Of a stretch of 64,000 bases of DNA, positions 43,706 through 55,000 are shown piece by piece (position 1 is the first letter of the stretch; every line of letters starts with the position of its first letter). The stretch lies in the NCBI GenBank assembly GCA_946965045.2, contig OX337228.1:4278001-4342000 (forward strand). Direction: 5' to 3'. Origin of the DNA: Epithemia pelagica (taxonomy: Eukaryota; Protista; Bacillariophyta). The notes under the pieces were generated by a model, which searched no databases, was not told the origin of the DNA, and saw only the letters and a list, made by a program, of their open reading frames with translations. The position numbers and the translations under genes were made by a program.

Positions 43706-43715
43706 CCCTTTTTTT

Positions 43716-43737
43716 TTTGCCTTTTGCCCGTTGCCCT
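43716..43737 (+). repeat. Right copy of 22-bp direct repeat (putative TSD), overlapping the end of a T10 run
   Basis: Identical to 38523-38544. Confidence 0.8.
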
Positions 43738-43754
43738 CCGAACTCCAAACCTTA

Positions 43755-44466
43755 GGGGGTATATTATCGGGCGCGCGGAGCATGTGCGGAGCATGATATG
43801 GGCGGAGAAAGGCCCGGATATAGAGCTTTCCTCCGCAAAATTTACATGCGGAGGAAGAGTGTGGAGCATGGTTGGAAGCAAAATCACGCGCCCACACACC
43901 ACACACCACACACCACACACTCAATGCGTCGAACAGTCGAAGTCTTCCGATGATGGATTTGTCATGGACAAAAGCGATGACAGAGTCTATCTAAGCACTA
44001 GTATTGTAGACAAGTACATATAGTCGGCCAACTGTTGCTGCCTTGCTCTTTAGGAGTCTTTTCTATCCTCATGGTGGAGGTTGTGTTTCCATAGAGCATG
44101 GAAATTGACGTGTCTTTCCCACATGAGCTCGTAGGGCCAACAGAACAACAGGTGAAATATCCAATGGATACTCTAAATGAAAAGAAGTCTATAAAGGGAA
44201 TGATTATTGTGTCCGGAAAGCACCCCTTTGCTTGCCATCGTCTTCCCAAAATTGCTCTTCTCCTTCCTTTTCGATTCCATACTTAAGGCGACCCATACGC
44301 GTTTCCGTGACGGTCGAGGATTTTGAGCGCGCGCGCCGCGCATGCTCCGCATCTCTGCATCCGCCCACCGATAATATAGACGCGCGGAGCATGCATCGTG
44401 GAGCATGCATTGCTCCCCCCATATCCATGCTCCGCCCATGCTCCGCGCGCCCGATAACATACCCCC
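43755..44466. mobile_element. PIF/Harbinger-like MITE (712 bp, ~48-bp TIR starting GGGGG, TTA TSD)
   Basis: gggggtat(a/g)ttatcgggcgcgcggagcatg(t/g)gcggagcatg(g)atatggg at both ends in inverted orientation; TTA at 43752-43754 and 44467-44469; subterminal gcggagcatg repeats. Confidence 0.92.
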
Positions 44467-44749
44467 TTATTGTACAAGAAAGAGGGGGGAGCGTTGTGGA
44501 TAATGAGTCACGCATAAGGTTATTACGGAGCAGTACGCTCGGGTAGATTTTCCGACCACACGCGGTCTTTGGGTCGCCGGCCCGCTTCTGGAGGTCACAT
44601 GTCAGCGCGGGCTGACCCAATGATTGTCACAGGTTGATGGTTGAGTGCATTAATTTCTTCCTCGGTGCACTCCTCAGGCTCATCTTTTGTCTCACTCTTT
44701 TGGAAGGAAGAATCCAGTGTACCCAAGTTTACAGAGAGAGCGCGTCAAA

Positions 44750-47700
44750 ATGAGTGACAGTGAAGATATCATGATGGAAGAGGACAGCTTCGTCGACGAT
44801 GAGTCCTTTTCTTCCAACACGTACTCCGACGAGGAGAACCCACCGACGACTTCCAAGTCGAAAGGAACCATAAAGTCATCCGTCACGGCGAAGAATTCCA
44901 CCAGTGTGCTGTCCGAAAGGAGCACGAACGCTTCAGCCACAGCAAAAAGTAAACAGAAAACGGTCGAGGAGACGTATCAGAAAAAGTCTCAATTGGAACA
45001 CATTCTTCTCCGTCCGGACACGTACAGTGAGTCATTCGATCAGATAAAGGATCCATCAACCGTAATCTCGCTGACTCTTTCTGTGCTTCCTTTTTCCAGT
45101 TGGTTCTGTAGAACCTCATACACAGAGAATGTTTGTCCTTGATGGTGATCAAATTGCAGAGCGTGAAATTACTTTCACCCCTGGGCTCTTCAAGATTTTC
45201 GACGAGATTGTAGTAAATGCAGCCGACAACAAGCAACGTGATCCGAACATGGACCTTCTTGAGATTACTATCAATGCCGAAGAAAACGTCATTTCTGTAA
45301 AAAACAACGGAAAAGGAATTCCTGTGCTAATGCACAAGGAGCATAACGTTTACGTGCCTGAGCTCATTTTCGGTCACCTCTTGACAGGCAGTAACTTCGA
45401 CGACAACGAAAAGAAAACAACGGGAGGACGTAATGGATATGGAGCGAAACTGGCAAATGTCTTCAGTACCACATTCAATGTAGAGTGTGTTGACGTGGAG
45501 AACGGATTCTTCTACAGTCAGACATTCTCAGCAAACATGACAGTGAAGGGAACTCCTACTGTGAAGAAATGCACCAAAGCACAGGCAAAGAAGGGCGACT
45601 ACGTCAAAATCACTTTTTCGCCTGAGTTGCGTCGGTTCAAAATGGACTCTCTAGATTCTGACACTGTTTCTCTTCTAGCGAAACGTGCATATGATATGGC
45701 TGGTACAATGGCTAGTAGTCATGGAAAGAAGCTGTCCGTAACATTGAACGGGAAAAAGCTACAAGTGCGATCGTTTCAAGAGTATCTAAAGGTCTTCCGC
45801 GGAATCAGTCCTCCTGTGGCGTACGAAAAGGTAAGTTATCTATTAGCCGAAGACAACATCGAGCTGTCAGCGGTCTAACAAATTTTCCTTGAAACAGAGT
45901 GAGTCATGGGAAGTCGCGGTTGCCTCATCGACCGACGCTACAATGACACATGTGTCGTTTGTAAATGCAATTTCGACTTCCAAGGGCGGAGGTCATGTGA
46001 CCTATATTGCAGACCAGGTTGCGACTCATCTACAGAAGATAGTCAAGAAGAAGAACAAAGGTGGCACCGAAATAAAGGCGGGTCAAATCAAGAACCACCT
46101 GGCAATATTCGTAAACTGTCTCATTCACAATCCCGCTTTCGATAGTCAGACGAAGGAATTCCTTACGACGAAACCAAAGAACTTTGGGACGAGTTGCAAG
46201 TTGTCAGATGCTTTTCTTCGGAAACTAGACAAGAGTGAAATTGTTGATAACATCTTGGCTTTTGCGAGGTAAGAATTCCATTTCCTGATCTTTTGAAAGT
46301 CCTCATTCCCTTCGCTTCCTCACCATGGCACATCTCGATACTTCCTATAGCTTCAAAGATCGCCAAGCTCTGAAGCGAAAGGGTGGGGCAAAGAAAACCA
46401 AATTGACTGGGATCACCAAGCTCGACGATGCGAATTTTGCCGGGACGGCAAAATCCGTTGACTGCACTTTGATTATAACAGAAGGGGATTCTGCAAAATC
46501 TCTTGCAGTTTCTGGTCTTTCCGTTGTTGGTCGGGACTACTATGGGGTAAGACGCCGTTTTCTGTTCTAAGTCATTTCCTTCCACAACTCGTTTTTAACA
46601 TCATTGTCACCATATTCCAGGTTTTCCCACTTCGTGGCAAACCCCTCAATGTTCGAGATGCTACGTTGAAACAAGTGACAAACAATGAGGAAATCAAGAA
46701 TCTTGTTGACATTCTTGGTTTGAAGTACGGGAAGTCATACGATACTGATGTTGATATCAAAACGCTCCGATACGGTCATCTCATGGTACGTGCGTCGATC
46801 AGAAAGGAAACTTGAAGAATAATTTAGAATTACGACTGACCAGTGATGATCCAAAACTTGCATCGATGTCAGATTATGGCTGATCAAGATACAGACGGAA
46901 GCCATATCAAAGGGCTTGTTATCAATTTTATTCACCGTAAGTGCCATTCAATTATACATGACGCATAAAGTACCAAATGCACGTAACTCACACAGTCGCA
47001 GATTTCTGGCCTGGTTTGCTTGACCGACCTGGCTTTCTTCAGCAATTTATCACTCCTATTGTCAAGGCATCAAAGGGGAAGCAGTCGGAGACGTTCTTTA
47101 ATTTGCCTGAATATTCATCATGGTTGGAACAAACCGGAAATAACGGTAAGGGATGGAACATCAAATACTACAAGTAAGTCGAATGTTGCCGTGTTTCCTT
47201 CCAAAAAAGATCAGTCATATCTCACGTGATACTACGTTATGATTCAATCTACTTAGGGGTCTTGGTACCTCGACAAGTTCGGAGGCGAAAGAATATTTTT
47301 CGAACCTTGAAAAACACGAAATTAATTTTGCGACCCTTGAAGAGGATGTGTTCCGGGATGATGACAAATCCAGACTCTCGTTCTGTTTGCCGGACGTGGT
47401 TCCTTCTGGATCAGATATGATCGATATGGTGTTCCGCAAAACGAGAGTCGAAGATCGAAAGTTCTGGCTGAACTCTGTTGGAGGGGACACTTTCTTGGAT
47501 TACTCACAGGTGTCACGTACAGGGGTGAAGTTCTCTCATTTTATTAACAAGGAATACATTCTGTTTTCTCGCTATGACAACGTGAGATCAATCCCCCATC
47601 TGATCGATGGATTCAAACCTTCGCAGAGGAAAGTACTATATGGATGTTTCAAGAGGCGATTGAAGGGAGAAGTGAAGGTCGCGGTAAGTTATTTCGACTC

Positions 47701-49960
47701 TGTGTTATTTGATGAGCGAAAACGATAGCTCACCTAATGTTCCCTTTCTTCACGAATACCATATGTTACAGCAACTCACTGGTTATATCGCCGAACATTC
47801 TGCGTACCACCACGGTGAACAATCACTCCAAGGAGCAATTATTGGAATGGCGCAAAACTTCTGTGGCTCTAACAATATTAACCTTCTCACACCTTCTGGT
47901 CAATTTGGAACCAGGCGAATGGGAGGTAAAGATGCCGCATCAGCTCGATATATCTTCACCAAGGTAAGAAAAGATACTTCGCCTCTTATTTGTCTTTGAG
48001 CCCGTCATCTCATTCTATCTTGATGTGTGCGTTGAAGCTGGAACCGATTACGCGTTTGATTTTTCACCCTGACGACGACGAACTCCTAAGCTATCTCAAA
48101 GACGACGGCGAATCCATAGAGCCGTCGTTCTATGTCCCCGTGATTCCCATGGTTCTTGTGAATGGGGCTGAGGGAATCGGGACTGGGTGGAGCTCATCAG
48201 TGAATAATCACGATCCACGTGATATTGTTGCAAACTTGAGGACAAAGATCCATGGTGGGCAGTTCCAACCCATGGCTCCTTTCTACTACGGCTTCACCGG
48301 TGACGTAAGTAGAGGCGGTGTCGCTTGTTCTGTATCCTTTCTCGTTGTCTCATCCAAGTCTTCGCCCTTCAGGTAATCGAAGATCCATCAAAGCGAGGAA
48401 CATTCAGTGCGAATGGAGAAATCGAACGGATTGATGACACAACGTTGCATATTTCAGAGCTTCCGATACGTAAATGGACGCAAGACTACAAATCATTCCT
48501 TGAAAAGCTCCTAACAGGGGACGGGAAAACGTCTGAGATTAAAGATTTCCGTGAGAACCACACTGACACTACAGTTTCGTTCACCGTCGTCTGCAGCAAG
48601 GATAAAATTGACGAGTTTGAGAAAGATAAAAATGGACTTTGTGGAAAGTTTAAACTGTCGGGATCCCTAACAACTTCAAATATGAATTTGTTCAATGAAG
48701 AAGGACGTATCGTTAAGTTTGAAGACACAAGAGAGATTCTTGAAACCTTTTATTCTATCCGCCTTCACTTCTATGAAAAGCGGAAGGACTTCTTGCTCGA
48801 GAAACTTCAAATTGAACAGCGGAAGTTGTCAAACAAAGTACGATCACGTGTTATTCCATATTGCGCCTTCAAGGGTCCATTCCTCATTCTCTATCTCCTC
48901 TTTTGTCCAGGCACGATTCGTGAGGGAGGTTTGTTCGGGAGACTTGGTAGTGAGCAACCGGAAACAAACGGAGATCCTCGCTGAGTTGCAGAGCCGAGGA
49001 TATGAAACTTTCTCTAGCGAGAGACTGGGAAAAAACGAATCGTCTGAAGAAGACGAAGATGAATCTGGGATTTCTGACAGCGCTCTGGCGAAGGGATATG
49101 ACTACCTACTCGGAATGAAGATATGGTCTTTGACTTTTGAAAAGGCTGAAAAACTGTTGGAGGAGCTTGCAGTCAAGACGACAGAGCTTGAAGAGCTTGA
49201 AGCGACATCGCCAAGTCAGATTTGGCTCAATGATCTTGAAGCCATTGATAAAGCTTTGGATGACCGTGATGCGTCGTTTGAAGCAGCAAAGCAAGAAGAG
49301 CTAAACGCACAGGCGAAGAATCAGAAGCACAGAGCGAAGACACAAAGGAAGACCCAGAAGAAGCCATCAGGCCGGAAGAAGGCGCAAACAAGGGACTTGG
49401 ATGAAGAATCCTCCTCCTCGGATATTATCATGGGTGAAACCGCTGCGAAGCAAAATCCGCGAAAAGAAGCCACAAATAAAAAGAAAGCCCCTGTGAAGGA
49501 AGTCATGCCCTCGAAGCCTCTTTTGGATCTCACAGACAGTGGGGACGAGGCAGAAAGTATCGGACTAGCGGAGAGGATTCAGAAGCGTCTTCACCTGTCG
49601 GTCAACGTAGAGAACGCTGTTGAAAGCAAAAAGCGAGCAGCTTCACCAGTTCTTGAGGAAAGCAATGCGGGATCATCTTTCCCTCAACGTGATCCTAAAA
49701 CCCAACAGGCAAAGATGGGAGTTCCTCCGAAGAAGGCAGCCCCGGTAAAGAAATCATCATTACAGGCAAAGAAACGAGCGGCTGCGAGCAAAATCATGGA
49801 ATATGAAGATTCGAGCGATTCTGGTGACGACTTTAGCCTCAACTCTGACGCGGACCCTTCAGTTTCTGTGTCTCAACCCAACAGATCTCGAAGTGCCCGC
49901 AATCGTAAACCGGTCGTGTATGCGATCGATGGAGATTCCAGTGACGAATCGTTGACATAG
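44750..49960 (+). CDS. TOP2: DNA topoisomerase II, ~12 exons
   Basis: RPDTY|IGS, FDEIVVNAADN, GGRNGYGAK, LIITEGDSAK, FPLRGKPLNVRD, MADQDTDGSHIKGL, KYYK|GLGTS, DGFKPSQRK, YHHGEQSL, ASARYIFT (catalytic Tyr); 11 GT-AG introns traced by eye. Confidence 0.97.
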
Positions 49961-50533
49961 ATGCGTAAAGAACTTCACAGATGCCTTCATGGCTTGGGGA
50001 TTGTCCATGAACAGTGCAGGTTTCGAACTTTTCCATTTTCATTACAAAGAGCCGAGACAATTTACATGGCCATTTCTAGTTTCACATTTACACGCCCAAT
50101 AGCACTCCTATTATTTTTCCTTTTTCTGCCGTTGGGGGTTGGGGGAGCATGGAGCATGGGGAGCAGAAAGCTTAGCTACTTTTTCGTCATCGTCATGTGT
50201 GTCGTTTGTCGTTGTGTGTTGTGTCTGGTCCTGTGTCGGTCTGCGAGTGTGCACATACGCCTTTGAGTTCCACTATGAGAATTATTGTAGCATGGGGGAA
50301 TTAACAGTCCAGATGCTGGGGTATTGTACTTTTGGCGCGGGAAAAGTCTGCGACGCCTTCTCTCAAACGACTCATGAGTGGAGCTCATATTTTCTCAATT
50401 CAAACGATCAAATCCCACAACATGAATGTGTTTCTCTTCATTGAAGCAATGAGGCACTCAACTGAAAAGCAATCATTCCATCATCTCTTGACCATATTTA
50501 CATGAAGTGCAGGAAATCTGTGCGAGGAGAAAG

Positions 50534-51927
50534 ATGGCGACGCCGCGATCTCGAAGACAAGTAAGTCAACGACAAAGACTGTCGTCCGTGATTATCTATG
50601 GACTTCACGAAGCCCCCTTTAATGATGCTCTGAAATATCTCTTTATCTCATGTTTTGGCAGTTTCTTGCGCCCCAGGAAAATATAGTTTCAAGGGACGCC
50701 TGTGCTGATGATGACAAAAAGCCTCATGTCCAGCCTAAAGCGCCCAGGTCAGCATTTATGTGTTTCACCGATGAGAAACGGAAGGAAATCATGGAGCAAA
50801 ACCCAAATCAGATGCCAAAGTCGAGTGAAGTCCTGAACATTGTTGCGAAGCAATGGCGTAAACTTTCCCCACGAGAGCGTGCTTACTGGGACGAAGCAGC
50901 TCGCAACGACAAAGTTCGGTGAGTTATGTAGCCATGGCCATATCGATAGCTTTTCCAACGCCTAACAACTTCAATGTCCTACCACAAGCTTTGTGCGTGA
51001 GAAGGCTGAGTACAGGGGAGTTTTTGTGGTTCCCAAAAAACGGGCGAAGAAGCACCCAGATGCACCGAAACGTCCAATGTCAGCATTTCTGAAATTTTCA
51101 CAGACGCGTCGCAACATGGTTAAGACAGCAAACCCAAACATAGAGTAAGTCAACAGCAATGCATCAATTGAGGTCTAATGGATACAGAAGTATCTCACAG
51201 TTTCTCATGAGTCTAGAAATACCGACGTCTCGCGTCTTCTGGGTGGTAAGTGTCCGTGGAAACCCTCTCGTTTTGTTGTTCAACGGTATATCTGACATAA
51301 ATGAATTCGTTCACACCAGAGATGTGGAGGAACGCCAGTCCAGCAGAAAAACAACCATACATTGAACAGGAGCAGCGTGAGAGAGCCGAGTATAAAGTAA
51401 TGCGGAAAAAGTGGGACGAAGATCAAGCAAAGCAAAGTGCGACGAAAAGTACAGGTCATCGTGTGAGGAAAACTCTGGACCAGCCGAGTGAATCGAATGG
51501 AGAATCCTACTCTGTAAGCCATAGGCCTGATTCACGCCACTTTCAATCGTTTCGGATCCAGTCAGTTGAAGAGGCAGTACAGAAAGTGGACGAACGGATG
51601 AACTATCAAGGTGGGTACTTTAGGTCATCTCAGAAACCAAGCACAACGGAACCTTCGACACGGAGACCTGGTCGTGATGTAGACCCCACAGAGCGTCACT
51701 TCGAACCACTGTCTTGTACGTACAGTGAAGGAGAACAAGAGCACTATCTGGGATCCTACTACTCTCATTCTCCAGCCAATACCGCAACTCCGGATAAATA
51801 TGGCTATTACTATGGGTATGGTTCGCCATCGCAGGGTCCATACGATCCGCGAGTCTCAACCGGAATGAAACCATCAGGGTACCACGGAGAACAGAATTAC
51901 CAATATGGAAGGTTCCATTTCTCTTGA
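50534..51927 (+). CDS. HMG-box protein with two HMG boxes, multi-exon
   Basis: PKAPRSAFMCF...QWRKLSPRERAYW and PDAPKRPMSAFLKF...EMWRNASPAEKQPY; short GT-AG introns begin at 50561, 50919, ~51145 and ~51245. Confidence 0.88.
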
Positions 51928-52008
51928 ATATGCATGAACGGTAAAGTATCGCACGCCATATATTCATTGGCATGAAAAACAGGATGAAATCCGTATTTAG
52001 AAAGAGGG

Positions 52009-55000
52009 CTATGAACGGACGCTGTCACCGTCATTTGAGTCCGAATCAGCGTTCACACTTAGTGGAACAGTATATTCTTGATCAGATCCCAAATAACTGT
52101 CACTCATGCAGAAAAGAGATAAATTGTAGTCTCCAGGTTCATCTGGAGCAAGAAACTCCAGTCGCACTTTTGTAGTACGGACACAATTAGTTCGTTTGAG
52201 AGCAAGTAAAGAGTTGTTCGACGCGTTCCCGATCACTATCCACCAAAATTCTCTCTTTTCTCCTGGAAAAAGAGGGGCCATCACTTTTCCTATAGAATCG
52301 TCGTCCTCTTCGTCTGTGTCGTCATCTAGCTCTCGTTCAAGTGTGACGACGAGTTCAACAGCATCTCCACTGACAATATCTTCGTGGTCAGACACGACGA
52401 ATGAAACATCGATACTTGGGTAGTTGTTGCAAAATACGGCTACATCCGCCATCTTGTCATCTGGGAGTCGCAAGAGTTCGTTACGAACATCGTCGTCTAG
52501 TGCGAGAATATCAAAAACAGATTCAATTGGTTCGTCTCCTGTGTATTCACTGCATCTCTTTACTATGGCGTCATCGAAATGCGGAATCTGTTTGAGAACA
52601 GGGTCTTTGCTCCACAATCCTTGTACAAGCATTTGACTGAGCTCCATGGCTGCAAGGGCTGGTTTCAGCCAACCATTGCTACCAAGAATGTCAACAATAG
52701 CCTGAATAAGTGTGACCCCGTCATTTACCGCACTTTCCAAATCTCGCCGCAGATCGGAAGGCACATCTTTTCGACTGAAGTGGCACTGCAACAATACTAG
52801 TGCTTTCGTATTTGAATCAAAAGTTGTTCCTTCGGGAGCCTGGTGTGGAAGATTCCTCGCTAGCTGCTTTAGCGTCTTTTCCTCACCATATCTCATTGGG
52901 AGAGCAGAGAACTCCCAAGACGCACACAAAATCTCAAGAACACCTCGAATCTTCGTTTTGGCCGTCACCGATGATGCAACAAGTTCAATGGTTCTGTACT
53001 GAACGTAGTAATACGACGCAATCATGCCTAGATTCAGGGGTGAAATGTCTCCTTCATCCGTAACCTTACAACATTTGCTTTCGTCCAGATCTGAAACAAC
53101 TGTTTCCACCATTTCGCTTAAATGTTCACTCAAATCGGAGTTCGATGTACCTCGGAGACCATAGTAGGTCGGATTCTTTCCAAGACGTCGGTATAGAAAT
53201 GTCCACGTCATATAATCAATTGCTTCTTGCATCGAAGTGACACTTTTTGCAACAATTTCTGCATTTAGTGGATCATGAAGATACGAGTCTAGATGGCTTT
53301 CCACAGGAAGTGGATCGTATAGCAACTTCTTGAGTCTGTCTTTCTTTGGCGTGTGACAAAGAATCACGCATGTCGCGTTTTCGGACGGAATATTCATGCC
53401 CAGCATTCGGATCAGGTCACTAATTGGATAGTCGACGTGTCTCTTCTCTCTACCGTCGTAGGTCTCGGTGCCCATTACAATGGTTAGATGGACGCGGCAA
53501 GAGATTGCCCAGCAAAGCTCACCGGGGCAAACAAGTACACGAAGAGTGCCTCCACTGAAGAGTTTCAAAACAGTTTCCCAATCAGAATCAAACATTCCAC
53601 GATAGATGAAGCCAATTCCACAGGACAGAACATGTCGCAGGGCTGGTTCCCGCAAACTTTCTGACAACAGAGCCACATCGTCTGCTGTCGAACTCCTTCC
53701 CAGAAAGTCACCACTGCCTTGGTTCACACGACTTGTCATCAAATCAATTGCCGTGAGCTGAGCTTGACGTTTGCTTGGGACAAAAATAATTGCCGACTTT
53801 TCATCACTGAGGTGACGATCCACAGCATTGAACACAGGCTTAGCCATAGAAAGGAGGCGACCAGCAAAGCTGCTTTGTTCAAACGACTGAAAGTATATTT
53901 CAAGTGGACTAGGACGAGCCTTCGGAGAGAAATTGAAAAGGTTTTTGTGGTTGACACCCATCCAATCACCAACATCCCTTGCATTGGCGATGGAATAGCC
54001 CAAACCCACAATTCTGATTGGATCAGAGTGGGAATCAGCTGTTCGCAATTCGCTACTCATTAACCGGGTTCTTGATATAACAACCTCCATCGTCGGGCCA
54101 ACAGCGCCTCCAAGAAAGTGCACCTCGTCGAAAATCATCAGGGAAACCTTTTGGACAGCTTTTCGTTGCCTCCACCGCCGGCTCAAAGCGTCCCAGTCTT
54201 TGACAGTTGCTATTACTACGTGTGCCGAGCCAAGAACTTTGAGATCTGAAGCTGTTTCGCCCGTTAACTTCTGAACAGCGTCCAAGGCTAGCATTTTGGA
54301 GAACATCGCTTGCCACTCGTTGAATGTCGCATTTGCGATTTCTGCGGTAGGGGCAACGTAAACGCTAATGCCATCTGGTTTTGTCGAAAGCATTCGAAGA
54401 ATAGCAAAAACACCACATATGGATTTGCCAGAACCCGAAGGGGCCAGAACAAGGCAATTTCTGTCCGTCTTGAAAAGTTCATGAAAAGTTTGTGATTGTA
54501 CGGGAGTGAACTCTTTTACACTGAAGATTCTGGAAAGCGCAGGTTCACCCAATGCCTGTGGTAACAATGGCTGAAGGTCGAGTAGCTCTGTCGGTGGCGG
54601 AAATTTTGCAGGCAGAATCATAGTTTGAAACGAAATGGGCAGAACTACCATAGAGTGAAGCCAACGGTCTGACTTGATTCGGATGAAATATGCGGGATGC
54701 AATGGCTCCAGGATTGGGACTGTGAATGAGAGCAAATGTTCTTGATCAACCTCACGACTGCTTAATGAGAAGAGCTCGTGGTGAAGGATGTTCTCCCCGT
54801 TAACGTCTTCGACGAAGATATGAAAAAGCTGTTGATATCCGTGGATTTCAATGTCGAAATGGAAAGCTGGAGCGAGGTTTGCTTCCACTCTCAACAAAGA
54901 TCTGGTGATGGGCTGGTTTGGATAAGTTAGAACATGGTGGGCATAACAGCTCGAACCTCAGATCACAACTTACCTGGATTTGCGCGCTCACCTCGAGACG

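Larger units (their letters stand above)
38545..43715 (+). mobile_element. 5'-truncated Ambal-like non-LTR retrotransposon (RT + RNase H + CCHC), coding 38545-42214, with two nested inserts in its 3' end
   Basis: RWKHIVNVMILKEP...RLRVIHLYE, DYDATACYDRI, GSGQGAGNSP, GFVDD (RT); SDGS, RAE, YTDS, HVKAHQD, ADHLA (RNase H); CPNC...H...C. Two lesions: a 14-bp duplication and a TAG at 39950. Confidence 0.88.

Noticed and set aside
42791-43710. piggyBac interpretation of the CCC-flanked element
   Set aside because: piggyBac requires CCC...GGG termini and a TTAA TSD; here both flanks read CCC on the same strand and there is no TTAA.
43109-44620. ORFs of 62-151 aa listed over the MITE/TIR region
   Set aside because: Low-complexity translations of repeats (e.g. 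VCVCVC, MCGVWCVV) with no transposase motifs.
50125-50170. ggggagcatggagcatgg resembling the 43755 MITE TIR motif
   Set aside because: The match is short with no inverted partner or TSD; at most a decayed remnant.
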